From contig CAXTCT010000001.1 in the NCBI GenBank assembly GCA_964242565.1, positions 500 to 64,499 of the forward strand: a stretch of DNA of 64,000 nucleotides, in the 5' to 3' direction. Both the position numbers and the translations under genes were made by a program. The stretch's first letter is position 1. The number at the start of each line of letters is the position of its first letter. Origin of the DNA: an uncultured Acetobacteraceae bacterium (GTDB lineage: Bacteria; Pseudomonadota; Alphaproteobacteria; Acetobacterales; Acetobacteraceae). The notes below the pieces were generated by a model. That model saw only the letters and a program-made list of their open reading frames with translations. It was not told where the DNA came from and ran no database searches. Of this stretch, positions 1-11,318 are shown in pieces.

Positions 1-289
1 CATGACGTGTTCTGCAAGCCACGGCGAGGGACGTCAACAAGAGCGGCCTATGCAGACGGCCGATCCTGCGCCGGGCCTGTCGAGGCAATGAATTTCTTGA
101 CATTCGGGGCATTATTGGTCAGACCCGGCCTGCGCCTTTCGACGTGATCCGCGCCGTCCGTTCGTGTGCGGGTCGTGGTCCGCAGGCCCAGGCCGGTCAC
201 GTGGCGTCCAGGGTTCTTCACACATCGCCTGCCGCGCCGGTTCGTGATCCCGTCGATCGCCATAAACGCCGGAAAGGCGCCGATAACGC

Positions 290-1429
290 ATGACCACATT
301 CTTCGAGACGCTCGGCCTCGCGCCGGCCCTGCTCGATGCCATCAAGCAGCAGGGCTATACGAACTCGACCCCGATCCAGGCGCAGGCCATCCCGGCGATC
401 CTTCAGGGCCGCGATGTACAGGGTATCGCGCAGACGGGGACGGGGAAGACGGCTGCCTTTGCCTTGCCGATCCTGCAGCGACTGCTGGACGGACCGGTCC
501 GCGCGCCTCGGCAAGGCTGCCGCGCGTTGATCCTGTCGCCGACGCGGGAGTTGGCCGGGCAGATTGCGGAAAGCTTTCGTGCCTATGGCCGGCAGACCGG
601 CTTGAAGACGAGCCTGGTCTATGGCGGCATGCCCAAGCATCCGCAGGCACGCGCCTTGTCGGGCGGCACGGACATCCTGGTGGCGACCCCGGGACGGCTG
701 CTCGATCATTTATCGGACCGCACGATCCGGCTGGATGCGACCGAGATCCTGGTGCTGGACGAGGCCGATCGCATGCTGGATCTCGGCTTCATCCTGCCGA
801 TACGCAAGATCGCGGCCTTGCTGCCACGTGAGCATCAGAGCCTGTTCTTTTCGGCGACCATGCCCAAGGAGATTGCGGCCCTGGCCGGCCAGTTGCTGCG
901 CAACCCGGTGCATGTCGCGGTGGCGCCGGTTGCGACCATTGTCGATCGCCTCGAGCAGCGCGTGATATTCGTCGATACCGCGCGCAAGCGGCAGATGCTG
1001 ACCGAGTTTCTTCGCAAGACGCACGCTGGACGCACCCTGGTCTTCACCCGGACCAAGATCGGCGCCGACCGGGTGGTCGAGTTTCTCGACAAGGCGGGCA
1101 TGTCCTCGGCGGCCATTCATGGCGACAAGAGCCAGGCCCAGCGCGAACGCTCCCTCGCCGCCTTCCGCAAGGGGCAGATCAGCGTCCTGGTCGCGACAGA
1201 CATCGCCGCACGCGGCATCGACATCGATGGTGTCACCCACGTCATCAATTTCGACCTGCCCAATGTCCCGGAAAGCTACGTGCATCGGATCGGCCGTACG
1301 GCGCGAGCGGGAAATGCCGGCATGGCGATTTCCTTCTGCGACGCCTCGGAGCGGGCTCATCTGCGCGGGATCGAGAAGCTGATCCGGGTCCGGCTCAAGG
1401 TCTCCGAGCCGAGCCAGATCGCGGCGTAG
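290..1429 (+). CDS. rhlE: DEAD-box RNA helicase (RhlE family)
   Basis: Q motif (TPIQ), AQTGTGKT, PTRELA, TPGRL, DEAD, SAT, ARGID and HRIGRTAR are all present. Confidence 0.92.
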   Translation: MTTFFETLGLAPALLDAIKQQGYTNSTPIQAQAIPAILQGRDVQGIAQTGTGKTAAFALPILQRLLDGPVRAPRQGCRALILSPTRELAGQIAESFRAYGRQTGLKTSLVYGGMPKHPQARALSGGTDILVATPGRLLDHLSDRTIRLDATEILVLDEADRMLDLGFILPIRKIAALLPREHQSLFFSATMPKEIAALAGQLLRNPVHVAVAPVATIVDRLEQRVIFVDTARKRQMLTEFLRKTHAGRTLVFTRTKIGADRVVEFLDKAGMSSAAIHGDKSQAQRERSLAAFRKGQISVLVATDIAARGIDIDGVTHVINFDLPNVPESYVHRIGRTARAGNAGMAISFCDASERAHLRGIEKLIRVRLKVSEPSQIAA

Positions 1430-1441
1430 CGGGCCTCTGCG

Positions 1442-2092
1442 TCAGGCGAGTTCGTCGGACGAGGCCAGGAGGACGCCGCTTCGGAGCAGGGCATGCCGCG
1501 CCGTGTCGAGGCTGTTGCCGCCGTCCGCGCCGATCATTCCGATGCCGCGGCTCGCATCCTCGATCACGACGGCTTCGAAGCCGTGATCGATGGCGTGTCC
1601 GGCCGACCAGGCGACGCAGAAATCCGTCGCGAGGCCGCAAAAGAACAGACGTCGGACGCCACGTTCACGTAACCAGCCGGCGAGGCCGGTCGGCGTGATC
1701 CGGTCATTCTCAACAAACGCCGAGTAGCTGTCGATCGCCGGATTGACACCCTTGCGCAGGATCATCTGCAGGCGGTCGCGTTCCAGGGCCGGATGCAGGT
1801 CCGCGCCGCGGCTGCCCTGCACGGCATGATCGGGCCATAGGATCTGAGGGCCGTACGGCATCGCGACAATATCATAAGGTACGGAGCCTGGATGGGCGCT
1901 GGCAAATGAGCTGTGTCCGGGCGGGTGCCAATCCTGTGTCGCGAAGGCGGCCTCGAAGCGTTCCCGCAGGAGATGGTTGACGAGCGGGACGATCTGGTCG
2001 CCTCCGGCCACCGGCAGCTCGCCGCCTGGCATGAAGGTTGGCTGCACATCGATCACCGCCAGCATGTCGGCCCGGCGATCGATGCGCAGCAT
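1442..2092 (-). CDS. pncA: Nicotinamidase/pyrazinamidase
   Basis: IDVQ..F.PGG.L.V, TQDWHP..H.SF, LWPDH, DSYSAF and GLATDFCV isochorismatase-family motifs. Confidence 0.92.
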   Translation of the reverse strand: MLRIDRRADMLAVIDVQPTFMPGGELPVAGGDQIVPLVNHLLRERFEAAFATQDWHPPGHSSFASAHPGSVPYDIVAMPYGPQILWPDHAVQGSRGADLHPALERDRLQMILRKGVNPAIDSYSAFVENDRITPTGLAGWLRERGVRRLFFCGLATDFCVAWSAGHAIDHGFEAVVIEDASRGIGMIGADGGNSLDTARHALLRSGVLLASSDELA

Positions 2093-2095
2093 CGG

Positions 2096-3988
2096 CTAGA
2101 TGTCCTGGACGGGGAGGGACAGCGTCGCGACCAGCGCTTCGGATACACGGCGGGCAAAGGCTGCCGGATCGCGCGGCAACTCGCCATCCTGGACCCGCGC
2201 CAGGTCGAACAGGGTGCGGACCGCCTCGGCGATCGGTTCGTGGCGGGCCTGCCGTGCGGCGAGGGAGCGGATCAGCGGGTGGTGGGGATTGATCTCCAGG
2301 ACCGGGGCGGAACTCGGCATCTTCTGGCCGGAGCGACGCATCAGGCGCTGCATCTGCAGGTCCGGGCCGGCCTGGGAAGCGGCGAGGACCACGGCACTCT
2401 GGACAAGCCGATCGGTCGAGCGGGCCTCGGCGATGTCCTCGCCCAAAGCTTCCTTCAGCGCGGGCAACAGGGCGGTGACGTCGGCCGGCTCGGCGTCGGG
2501 CGTGGCGCTGGAGGCGTGCTTGGACAGATCGGCGAGGCCCTGGGTGACGCTGCGGAGCGGCTTGTCCTGGAAATTGTCCAGGCGGTCCGGCCAGAAGGCG
2601 TCGACAGGGTCGGACAATATCAGGACCTCGATGCCGCGCGCCTTGAAGCCCTCGAGCTGAGGCGAGTTGGAAAGCGCCTCCTCGCTGTCGCCGATCAGAT
2701 AATAGATCGCGTCCTGCTCCGGCTTCATGCGGCTCAGATAGTCGGCCAGGGAGGTCCAGCCGTTGCTTTCATGGGTGGAGCGGAAGCGCGCGATCGAGGC
2801 CAGTTCGGTGCGATGCTCGGCGTCCTCCCAAAGTCCCTCCTTGAGGGTGGGACCGAAGCTGTCCCAGAAACCGGCATAGCTCTCGGCCTCCTTGGACCGG
2901 TTGCGCAACTCGGTGATGACGCGGTTGGTGACCGCCTTGCGTATGCGGGCCAGCACCGGTGTCGCCTGAAGCATCTCACGAGAGACGTTGAGCGGCAGGT
3001 CCTCGGTATCGACGACGCCCTGGACGAAACGCAGCCAGGGGGGGAGCAGCTCGGCCTGGTCGGTGATGAACATGCGCCTGACATGCAGGCGGACGCGGCT
3101 TTCGCGCACGGACTCGACGGGCTCGAACGGGCGCATCGTCGGGATGAACAGCATGGCGGTGAATTCAAGCGTGCCTTCGGCGCGCCAGTGCAGCGTGGCC
3201 CACGGCTTATCGAAGGCGTGGCCGAGATGCTGGTAGAATTCGGTGAGCTGCTCCTCGGTCACCTCGTTCTTGGGCTTGCGCCACAAAGCGGTGCCTTCGT
3301 TGGCGGCGACTTCCTGGCCATCACGCTGGATGGTGATCGGCCAGGTGATGTGGTCAGCCCATTTGCGGACGATATTTTCCAGGCGGTAGCTTTCGAGGAA
3401 CTCGTCGGCGTCAGGCTTGATGTGCAGCACGATGTCCGTGCCGGGCGCATCGCGTGTGGCCGGAGCCAGGGTGAAGCTGCCGTCCCCTTCGGAGGACCAG
3501 CGCCAAGCCTCGGTCTCGCCGATCCGGCGCGAGGTGACCTCGACGCGCTCGGCGACCATGAAGGCAGCATAGAAGCCGACACCGAATTGTCCGATCAGGC
3601 TCGGGCGATCTTCCGGTTTGGCTTCCGCGAGATTCTGGCCGAACGCACGGGTCCCGGAGCGCGCGATGGTACCGAGATTCTGAACCAGTTCGGCGCGACT
3701 CATGCCGGTGCCGTCGTCGCTGATGGTGAGCTGGCGCGTGGGCTTGTCGGGATTGATGCGGATCTTGGCGCCGTCCGGCAGGGCTGCGGCTGGATCGGTC
3801 AGCGCCTCGAAACGGCGCCGGTCGGTCGCGTCGGCGGCGTTGGCGACGAGCTCGCGAAGGAAGATCTCGCGATCGGAATAAAGCGAGTGGACGACCAGGT
3901 TAAGCAGCCGGCCAACCTCGGCGGTGAATTCGTGACGCTCGGGCTGTTCGGCCGTCATGCTTGCTTGGGGGACGGGTTCATCACTCAT
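2096..3988 (-). CDS. htpG: Molecular chaperone HtpG (Hsp90)
   Basis: [55 protein letters not shown]; start placed at ATG 3988 rather than the ORF maximum of 4042. Confidence 0.96.
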   Translation of the reverse strand: MSDEPVPQASMTAEQPERHEFTAEVGRLLNLVVHSLYSDREIFLRELVANAADATDRRRFEALTDPAAALPDGAKIRINPDKPTRQLTISDDGTGMSRAELVQNLGTIARSGTRAFGQNLAEAKPEDRPSLIGQFGVGFYAAFMVAERVEVTSRRIGETEAWRWSSEGDGSFTLAPATRDAPGTDIVLHIKPDADEFLESYRLENIVRKWADHITWPITIQRDGQEVAANEGTALWRKPKNEVTEEQLTEFYQHLGHAFDKPWATLHWRAEGTLEFTAMLFIPTMRPFEPVESVRESRVRLHVRRMFITDQAELLPPWLRFVQGVVDTEDLPLNVSREMLQATPVLARIRKAVTNRVITELRNRSKEAESYAGFWDSFGPTLKEGLWEDAEHRTELASIARFRSTHESNGWTSLADYLSRMKPEQDAIYYLIGDSEEALSNSPQLEGFKARGIEVLILSDPVDAFWPDRLDNFQDKPLRSVTQGLADLSKHASSATPDAEPADVTALLPALKEALGEDIAEARSTDRLVQSAVVLAASQAGPDLQMQRLMRRSGQKMPSSAPVLEINPHHPLIRSLAARQARHEPIAEAVRTLFDLARVQDGELPRDPAAFARRVSEALVATLSLPVQDI

Positions 3989-4131
3989 GGCAGGTCTCCG
4001 CGGCAGTCGTTCAATCAGGCCGCGGATATGCGGGGATCTCACGCTGATTTCAACCGGTGCTCTGCAGGAGCGGGCAGTCCGGGGGCCGAGGGAAGCGCAC
4101 CGGTGATGGCGGGAGGAACCGCGCGATCCCG

Positions 4132-4935
4132 CTAGTAGCGTGCCACGCGAGGCGGGGTCATGAGCATGGCGACTGGCATAGCACGGTAGGCCGATAGGGT
4201 TCGACCGGTGCCCGCAGGCGGGCCGCCGGCGATGCGCAAGATGCGGCCAAAGCCGCCTAAGGGTGCATTAACGCCGTTGCGGCCGATCGGAGAGCTGGAG
4301 GTCGATGACGCTCCTGCAGCGTAGACCGGCGCCGAAGCAACCATCTGATGATGGGCAGGATGAGCGGGCTTGGTCTCGGCAGGGCCGGCGATCGGATCGG
4401 ACCAGGCCTCGAGGACCTTGCGCTGATAATCCGTGCCAAGTTCGGGTGTCTGCGAGTGGTAGGCCGCAGCGGCGTGCGGCCAGCTTCCGGCCTGATGAAA
4501 AAGTTCGGTCAGGAAGCGCGCGGCATAGGCGGCGTTGCGAGCGGGATCGAACGCATCTTCCAGGGAGGCGAAGGCATCCGGATGGAACATCAAGTTGATC
4601 TGCGTGCAGCCGACGTCGATCGACCTGACGCCGCGCGCGATGAATTGCCGAGCCGCCGCCACGGCTTCGATCTTGGATGAATAGAAATGGCCCTGGCCCT
4701 CGGCGTTGATGGTCCATGGCCATGCCCGGACGTTGCCAAGGCCAGGATCGAAACGGCCGCTTTCGACTCGGCTGATGGCGTCCAGCAGTTGATCCGGAAC
4801 ACCGGAGACATGTTCGGCGGCTGCCGTGGCCTGGTGGCAAAGGATGGAATCCTGGGCATCGGCGACACTGGCCATGGCAAGCAGATGCCACGAAAGGGCA
4901 GCAAGGACCAACATGGCGCGGGGCAAATATCGCAT
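4132..4935 (-). CDS. Lytic transglycosylase, SLT domain, with signal peptide
   Basis: [31 protein letters not shown] motifs; hydrophobic N-terminus from ATG 4935. Confidence 0.85.
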   Translation of the reverse strand: MRYLPRAMLVLAALSWHLLAMASVADAQDSILCHQATAAAEHVSGVPDQLLDAISRVESGRFDPGLGNVRAWPWTINAEGQGHFYSSKIEAVAAARQFIARGVRSIDVGCTQINLMFHPDAFASLEDAFDPARNAAYAARFLTELFHQAGSWPHAAAAYHSQTPELGTDYQRKVLEAWSDPIAGPAETKPAHPAHHQMVASAPVYAAGASSTSSSPIGRNGVNAPLGGFGRILRIAGGPPAGTGRTLSAYRAMPVAMLMTPPRVARY

Positions 4936-5005
4936 GGGGTCATGATGCCGTGGAATGGTTACGAAATGGTCAAGACGGTCGGCCGGGAGGCCCCGATGGT
5001 AATTG

Positions 5006-5051
5006 TGCGATGCAAAAAACCCTTGACGAAGGGGGATCACGCGGCTAGGTT
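5006..5051 (+). promoter_or_regulatory. sigma70 promoter of the sRNA with an upstream TGC-N3-GCA (PhaR/AniA-like) box
   Basis: TTGACG 5023-5028, 17-bp spacer, TAGGTT 5046-5051; TGCGATGCA at 5006-5014. Confidence 0.65.
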
Positions 5052-5056
5052 TGCCT

Positions 5057-5134
5057 TGCGGCGCTGCTTAGGCGCGCTGCATCTTGGACGTTTCCTCCCT
5101 AAACTTTGGCGGTGCTTAGGCACCGCCTTTTTTT
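5057..5134 (+). ncRNA. mmgR: suhB/MmgR (alpha-r8) family small RNA
   Basis: Anti-SD core TTTCCTCCCT (5091-5100), then hairpin GGCGGTGC-TTAG-GCACCGCC and T7 terminator; convergent with N-formylglutamate amidohydrolase near tRNA-Val, the known synteny of this family; 5' end estimated from the promoter. Confidence 0.85.
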
Positions 5135-5156
5135 GCCCCGACTTGTGGCTGGTCGC

Positions 5157-6044
5157 TCAGGACAGAGACAGGATTTCCGGGACGACGCTGGCGAGTTTGC
5201 CGAGGAGGCCGGCGAGCGTCTCCTGGACATCACCGAAATGCGGCAGCTTCTCGAAGCGAGCCTCGTTCATGTACAGGCTGCGGCAGATCTCTATCTGCAA
5301 CACATGAACTCGGCTTGACGGGCGGCCATAATGGCGGGTGACATAACCTCCGGCATAGGGGTCGTTGCGCCGGACCCGAAAGCCGCGTTCGCGCAGAAAA
5401 CGCTCCGTGAACTGGATGATGGGCTGGGCGCAGGAGGTGCCGAAAGCATCACCCAGCACGAAGTCGGGGCCGGCGCCTTTCTGCCGGTCCGTGAGGCTGG
5501 GCATGGAGTGGGCGTCGAGCAGGAGGCATGCGCGGTGACGGGCGACGGTCGCATCGATCAGTTCCGCCAATGCATCGTGATAGGGCTGCCAGCAGGTGCG
5601 TATGCGATGCTCCGCGTCGGCGAAGGTGAGCTTGTCCCGGTAGATCGGCTCTCCAGAAGAGACCAGCCGGGCGATGGTGCCGAAGCCTGCCAGCACGCGG
5701 GCGCTCCCGGTGTTGCACCAGGAGGGCAGCTTGTCGACAAACATGGCCGGGTCAAGTTCCCACGCTTCGCGATTCACGTCGCAATAAACTCGGGGAAAGT
5801 CCGCCTGCAAAAGCGGGATACCCATATCTGCGGCACCGCCGAAGATTTCATCGACATAGCTATCCTCGCTGCGGCGCAAGGCGTCGAAGGCCAGACGGGA
5901 GGAGGCGACGAATTCGGATGAATAGTCACGGCCGGAATGCGGCGAGGCGATCAGCATGGGGGCGGTCTGGAGCACCGGCTCGGTCACATGCAAAGGATGC
6001 TGGAAGGTCTTCAGTTGAGACTCCAAGAGGATGGTCTGTATCAT
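5157..6044 (-). CDS. N-formylglutamate amidohydrolase
   Basis: SPHSG, SED.YVD, DVNR, PYH, DAHSMP, PYAGG, HVLQIEI.R.LYM. Confidence 0.92.
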   Translation of the reverse strand: MIQTILLESQLKTFQHPLHVTEPVLQTAPMLIASPHSGRDYSSEFVASSRLAFDALRRSEDSYVDEIFGGAADMGIPLLQADFPRVYCDVNREAWELDPAMFVDKLPSWCNTGSARVLAGFGTIARLVSSGEPIYRDKLTFADAEHRIRTCWQPYHDALAELIDATVARHRACLLLDAHSMPSLTDRQKGAGPDFVLGDAFGTSCAQPIIQFTERFLRERGFRVRRNDPYAGGYVTRHYGRPSSRVHVLQIEICRSLYMNEARFEKLPHFGDVQETLAGLLGKLASVVPEILSLS

Positions 6045-6201
6045 GAATGGGTTGCGTGGCCTGACCTATGGTGTCACTTCGGAGTGCCCGTGAACAACTC
6101 CCAGAGGTCAAATCTCACCTGGAAGCGGTCATATCGCGATTGACTGGGTAGTGCTGGCTTGCGAATTGCCTTGAGCAATTGTAGAAGCCCTAAGCGCGGA
6201 T

Positions 6202-6276
6202 GGGCGTGTAGCTCAGCGGTAGAGCACTGCCTTGACATGGCAGGGGTCGCAGGTTCAAACCCTGTCGCGCCCACCA
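6202..6276 (+). tRNA. tRNA-Val(GAC)
   Basis: Acceptor stem GGGCGTG/CGCGCCC, anticodon arm CTGCC-TT-GAC-AT-GGCAG, T-loop GTTCAAA, encoded CCA. Confidence 0.97.
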
Positions 6277-6294
6277 TCCGCTTCCCCTTATCGT

Positions 6295-6783
6295 TCAATG
6301 GTCTTTGAGGCCCGGAACCGCCCCGATGCTGGCATCGAGGGCGCCTTGTAGAATATAGGTGGCCGCGAGCTTATCAACGAGTTCCGCACGTCGATTCCGG
6401 GTCATGTCGAGGTCTGAAATCAGCATGCGGTTGACGGCGCTGGTGGACAGGCGCTCATCCCACAAGGCGGCGGGCAAGCCTGTGACCTCCGTGAGGGCCC
6501 GCAGCCAGTCCCGCGCGCGTTGAGCCGCAGGGCCGAAGCTTCCGTCCATCGACAGCGGAAGGCCGCAGACCAAGCCGGCGGCCCCTTCTTTTTCGGCGAT
6601 CCTGGATATCTCGAAGGCGTTTATCGACAGCTTCGCTCGCTTGAGGCTGCCGTACGGGGACGCAAGAAGCAGCGACACATCGGACAAGGCGATGCCAATC
6701 GTGCGTTGGCCGGGGTCGAGGCCCAGCAGGCGGCCCTGCGTGGGCAAGACGGTTCGAAGCTGTGACATGTTGAACAGGGGCAT
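6295..6783 (-). CDS. ruvX: Holliday junction resolvase-like RuvX/YqgF
   Basis: LGLDPG..TIGIA.SD, GLPL.MDG, WDERLST, VDKLAATYILQ. Confidence 0.93.
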   Translation of the reverse strand: MPLFNMSQLRTVLPTQGRLLGLDPGQRTIGIALSDVSLLLASPYGSLKRAKLSINAFEISRIAEKEGAAGLVCGLPLSMDGSFGPAAQRARDWLRALTEVTGLPAALWDERLSTSAVNRMLISDLDMTRNRRAELVDKLAATYILQGALDASIGAVPGLKDH

Positions 6784-6862
6784 GATGACGGTTTATGGTC
6801 TGAACGCCTCCTGGTTGCCAGGGCGTTCTCCCACCAGCCGCCAAGCATGAAAGTTCTGCCCC

Positions 6863-7150
6863 ATGTCGCTTGATGCCGCGACTGTTCGACGCATTGCCAG
6901 ATTGGCCCGCATTGGAATCGAAGATCAGGAGATCGGGCGCGTGCAGGCAGAGTTGAACAATATTCTCGGCTGGATCGAGCAGCTTTCGGAAGTCGATGTC
7001 GAAGGTGTGGAACCAATGGTCGGGGTCGAGCAGGCTGCCCTGCGATTGCGTCAGGATGTGGTGACGGATGGTGGTGCGTTGGACGCGGTGCTGTCGAACG
7101 CACCGGACCGGGCTGGGCCTTTCTATGCCGTGCCGAAGGTGGTCGAGTGA
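6863..7150 (+). CDS. gatC: Asp/Glu-tRNA amidotransferase subunit C
   Basis: [29 protein letters not shown]...G.FY.VPKV; first gene of gatCAB. Confidence 0.96.
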   Translation: MSLDAATVRRIARLARIGIEDQEIGRVQAELNNILGWIEQLSEVDVEGVEPMVGVEQAALRLRQDVVTDGGALDAVLSNAPDRAGPFYAVPKVVE

Positions 7151-8649
7151 TGTTGACGGAGCTTTCGATCGCTTCGGCCCTGAAGGGATTGCGTGGCAAA
7201 GCCTTTACGTGCGTGGAGCTGACCCAGGCGCATCTCGACGCGATCCAGACGTTGAACCCGCGCCTGAACGCGTATCTAACGGTTACAGCGGACAAGGCAT
7301 TGGTGGCGGCGCAGGCTGCGGACGCCGCGCTTGGCCGGGGGGAACGTCCGAGCCTGGGCGGCATCCCGATCGGGATCAAGGATCTGTTTTGCACCGAGGG
7401 CGTGCGGACCACGGCGGCGAGCCGAATGCTCGACGGGTTCGTGCCGCCTTACGAGAGCACGGTGACGCAGCGATTACTGCGTGATGGCGCCATATTTCTG
7501 GGCAAGACCAATCTTGACGAGTTCGCCATGGGCTCGTCGAACATGAACTCGGCGTTCGGACCGGTAACAAACCCGTGGAGTCGTGACGGAGATGCGGCCC
7601 GTCTGGTGCCGGGAGGGTCCTCGGGCGGATCGGCGGCCGCAGTGGCGGCATGCATGGCAATGGGTGCCACGGGAACCGATACCGGCGGCTCGATCCGGCA
7701 GCCGGCCTCGTTCTGCGGCATCGTCGGGATGAAGCCGACCTACGGGCGCTGCAGCCGATGGGGCGTGATTGCGTTTGCGAGTTCGCTCGACCAGCCAGGG
7801 CCAATGGCGCGTCGCGTTGAGGATTGCGCGATCCTTTTGCGGTCGATGGCGGGTTATGACCCGCGGGACAGCACCAGCATGGATCGTCCGGTGCCTGATT
7901 ATGGCGCCGCCTGTGGACGCAGTCTGCGTGGAGTGCGCATCGGCATCCCGCAGGAATACCACGCGGCCGGGATGCCGATTGAGATCGAGACGCTTTGGCA
8001 GAAGGGGATTGCCTGGCTGCGGGATGCCGGATGCGAGATCGTGAATGTGTCGTTGCCACACACGAAATACGGGCTGGCAGCCTATTACATCGTGGCGCCT
8101 GCGGAATGTTCATCCAACCTTGCCCGATATGACGGGATCAGGTTCGGTGCGCGGGTGGAGGCGGATAGTCTGGACGCGTTGTATGAGCAATCGCGAGCGG
8201 CAGGGTTTGGCGCCGAGGTTAAGCGGCGCATCCTGATCGGGACCTACGTGCTCTCAGCGGGCTATTACGACGCTTATTACCTTCGTGCGCAGAAGGTGCG
8301 AAATCTCATCCTGCGGGATTTCACCGAGGTCTTCGGCAAAGTGGATGCGTTGCTGACGCCGACCGCGCCGTCGGCGGCGTTTGCACAGGGCGATAATATG
8401 GACGATCCGATCAAGATGTATCTCAACGACATCTTTACGGTTCCGGCGAGCATGGCTGGCGTGCCGGGATTGTCGGTGCCGGCAGGACTGGACAGACAAG
8501 GGCTGCCGCTGGGGCTGCAGTTGATCGGGCGGCCGTTCGATGAGGAAGGTCTGTTTGCGATCGGGTCGGCGTTGGAGCAGGCAGCCGGATTTGCACATCT
8601 GCCGGCGTTGCGTGCGGGGCCGGGTTCAATGGCTGGAGATGCAGCATGA
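7150..8649 (+). CDS. gatA: Asp/Glu-tRNA amidotransferase subunit A
   Basis: Amidase signature [32 protein letters not shown]. Confidence 0.97.
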   Translation: MLTELSIASALKGLRGKAFTCVELTQAHLDAIQTLNPRLNAYLTVTADKALVAAQAADAALGRGERPSLGGIPIGIKDLFCTEGVRTTAASRMLDGFVPPYESTVTQRLLRDGAIFLGKTNLDEFAMGSSNMNSAFGPVTNPWSRDGDAARLVPGGSSGGSAAAVAACMAMGATGTDTGGSIRQPASFCGIVGMKPTYGRCSRWGVIAFASSLDQPGPMARRVEDCAILLRSMAGYDPRDSTSMDRPVPDYGAACGRSLRGVRIGIPQEYHAAGMPIEIETLWQKGIAWLRDAGCEIVNVSLPHTKYGLAAYYIVAPAECSSNLARYDGIRFGARVEADSLDALYEQSRAAGFGAEVKRRILIGTYVLSAGYYDAYYLRAQKVRNLILRDFTEVFGKVDALLTPTAPSAAFAQGDNMDDPIKMYLNDIFTVPASMAGVPGLSVPAGLDRQGLPLGLQLIGRPFDEEGLFAIGSALEQAAGFAHLPALRAGPGSMAGDAA

Positions 8650-10118
8650 CCTACATGCTGGAAGGACGCGAAGGCGTTTGGGAACTGGTGGTCGGCCTTG
8701 AAGTGCATGCCCAGGTGATCAGCCAGTCCAAGCTATTTTCCGGGGCCTCGGCCACCTATGGCGGCGAGCCGAATACCCATGTGAGCCTGGTGGATGCCGC
8801 CTTCCCGGGAATGCTGCCGGTGATCAACGCGGAGTGCGTGGCACAGGCGGTGCGTACCGGCCTGGGCTTGAATGCGCGGGTCAATCTGGAGAGCCGGTTC
8901 GACCGCAAGAATTACTTCTATGCCGATTTGCCTGCTGGGTACCAGATCAGCCAGTTCACCCATCCGATCATCGGCCCGGGCGTAATCGAGATCGAACTGG
9001 CGGACGGCAGCACGCGCGAGATCGGCATCACCCGGCTGCATCTCGAGCAGGATGCGGGGAAGTCGCTGCATGACCAGAGTCCAACACGGTCCTACATCGA
9101 CCTGAACCGCGCCGGCGTGGGATTGATGGAGATCGTCAGTGAGCCGGATATGCGCAGCCCGGAGGAGGCGGGCGCCTATCTGCGCAAAATCAGGACCATC
9201 CTGCGCTACCTTGGAACCTGTGACGGCAATATGGAAGAGGGCTCGATGCGGGCCGACGTGAATGTCTCGGTGCGGCGGCATGGCGAGCCGTTCCGGACAC
9301 GGTGCGAGATCAAGAACGTCAATTCGGTCCGCTACGTGATGCAGGCGATCGAGGCCGAGGCAAGGCGACAGATCGACGTCTGGGAAGCTGGGGGGTGCGT
9401 TGATCAGGAGACGCGGCTGTTCGATCCCGCGCGCGGCGAGACCCGGTCATTGCGGAGCAAGGAGGATGCCCATGATTATCGATATTTCCCGGACCCTGAT
9501 CTGCTGCCGCTGGTTCTGGACGAAGCCTGGGTGGCAGGTCTGAAGCAGGCACTGCCAGAGTTGCCGGATGCGAAGCGCGTCCGATTTGTGAGCCACTATG
9601 GCATTCCTCGCTATGACGCGGCCGTACTTGTGGCCGAACAGGCGACGGCCATTTTTTATGAGAGGCTGGCGTCAGGGCGGGATGGGCGAATGGCCGCGAA
9701 CTGGTTGACGGGCGATTTATTCGCGGCGTTGAACCGGACTGGGCGAAGCATTTCGGACAGTCCTGTCTCGGCAGACGCTCTGGGCGAGTTGCTGGACCTG
9801 ATCGCGGACCACACGATCAACGGGCGGATTGCCAAGGACGTGTTCGAGGAGATGGTTGAAGCCGGGAAGATGCCGGGGGAGATCGTCGAGCGGAAAGGCC
9901 TACGACAGGTTACGGACAGCCGAGCAATCGACGAGGCCGTCGAAGCAGTGCTGGCAGCCAATGAAGGCAAGCTGGCGGAGTTCCGCTCAGGCAAGGAAAA
10001 ACTATTTGGATATTTTGTTGGTCAAGTGATGAAGGCCATGGCTGGGAAAGGTAATCCGGCTCTTGTCAATGAGGCGCTGCGCAGTCGGCTCTACGGGACG
10101 ATGCGGGATCGGGTTTGA
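8646..10118 (+). CDS. gatB: Asp/Glu-tRNA amidotransferase subunit B
   Basis: [38 protein letters not shown]-terminal YqeY domain. Confidence 0.97.
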   Translation: MTYMLEGREGVWELVVGLEVHAQVISQSKLFSGASATYGGEPNTHVSLVDAAFPGMLPVINAECVAQAVRTGLGLNARVNLESRFDRKNYFYADLPAGYQISQFTHPIIGPGVIEIELADGSTREIGITRLHLEQDAGKSLHDQSPTRSYIDLNRAGVGLMEIVSEPDMRSPEEAGAYLRKIRTILRYLGTCDGNMEEGSMRADVNVSVRRHGEPFRTRCEIKNVNSVRYVMQAIEAEARRQIDVWEAGGCVDQETRLFDPARGETRSLRSKEDAHDYRYFPDPDLLPLVLDEAWVAGLKQALPELPDAKRVRFVSHYGIPRYDAAVLVAEQATAIFYERLASGRDGRMAANWLTGDLFAALNRTGRSISDSPVSADALGELLDLIADHTINGRIAKDVFEEMVEAGKMPGEIVERKGLRQVTDSRAIDEAVEAVLAANEGKLAEFRSGKEKLFGYFVGQVMKAMAGKGNPALVNEALRSRLYGTMRDRV

Positions 10119-10182
10119 CGGAAGGCCGGTCAAGGACTAGAAGCAGAACAGCAAACGCCGTGCGATGAGCACGCTCTTCGGC

Positions 10183-10275
10183 GGAGGGGTGGCCGAGTGG
10201 CTGAAGGCGGCGGTTTGCTAAACCGTTTAAGGGTGTCAAGCCCTTACGTGGGTTCGAATCCCATCCCCTCCGCCA
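10183..10275 (+). tRNA. tRNA-Ser(GCT)
   Basis: GGAGGGG acceptor, anticodon arm GCGGT-TT-GCT-AA-ACCGT, long variable arm, GGTTCGAATCC, CCA end; upstream TTGACG-17-TAGAAG promoter at 10115-10143. Confidence 0.97.
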
Positions 10276-10409
10276 AAATATTCAGCTACTTCGAGGATAT
10301 CTATCTACCGGGATGGTTGTAGATCAGTCGCTTTTTCGGGATTTGATGTCCAGGAAGCAGAATGACCGTAACGCGGCGCCCGGCTAGCACGCGCAAGACG
10401 AGGTTCGAC

Positions 10410-10802
10410 ATGCGCCTGAATTGCAGCCCATTGGCTTGGATTGGGTTAGCCATCCTGTTGTCCACTAACGCTCATGCGGAGGAGCAGTCTCCCTCTGGAG
10501 ACGTTATAAGGGACCAATTGGCACGAGTGATTGCTGTCCTGCGTCTTCAGCCCTCCACCGCGGGACAATCCTGTCTGGACGCACTGCATGAGGTTCACCA
10601 GACCGAGGATCAGGTAAAAGTCTTACAAAATAAGACGAACAACCCGGATCTGGCTCTCGCGCAGGATGTGCTGGAAACCGACTACGAGAACGCGAAGGAG
10701 ATCTGCGGTGCAGATGCTGGCCGGGTTTGCGCCGGTCCCGGGCAGGTCAGCGGAGTGGCTGCGACCTGCAGGGCGCTCCATCAAGATGGTCGAAGCCGTT
10801 GA
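10410..10802 (+). CDS. Hypothetical exported protein with four cysteines in the mature part
   Basis: GAGG RBS before ATG 10410; signal peptide ending AHA; helical-looking mature region. Confidence 0.65.
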   Translation: MRLNCSPLAWIGLAILLSTNAHAEEQSPSGDVIRDQLARVIAVLRLQPSTAGQSCLDALHEVHQTEDQVKVLQNKTNNPDLALAQDVLETDYENAKEICGADAGRVCAGPGQVSGVAATCRALHQDGRSR

Positions 10803-11318
10803 TGCGCTCAAGGCCGCGTACAGAGACACAAGCTATCACGTACTGGAATTCGGGAACTCCTTGTTGGATCTATCAACTCACGGATTAAGGCTGCGTCGAG
10901 CCCGCATTGCGGCCGATGCTTAGATGCTTTGCAGGACCATGGATCATCGTTTAACTGGGTACATGCTGGAAGCTCTCGCAAGTTGGTTTGCCACGTATAT
11001 CCTAAGCGTTTCCGCAGTTTTTATGGGAAGTTCAAGACTTTACTGAATAGAATAATAATTTCGGGCTTGATTCATACAATATATGGTATTCTTAAAGTTC
11101 TTATACTTATAACTGACGTATATTTCTTACTGAGCCGGTTTTGTGCCGATTTATATTGCTCCGCTTGCGATTTTTACATAGTATTCCATATTTTGGACAA
11201 CGGGTATTAGTCCAGTAAACTCAGTGTTATTTCGCATTAGATTCTTCTTGTACTCGAGATAACGTTTTGTCAGCATCTCATTGAAGCCTCAGGGCTGAAC
11301 ATAAGGGATGCTGACAAA

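Noticed and set aside
1913-4135. 740-aa + strand ORF
   Set aside because: Antisense shadow of htpG caused by high-GC codon bias; no recognisable motifs
6074-6298. ORF containing MVGATGFEPAT
   Set aside because: Translation of the reverse complement of tRNA-Val
10929-11210. 93-aa ORF in the AT-rich block
   Set aside because: TTG start without an RBS and composition that simply reflects AT-rich DNA; treated as non-coding
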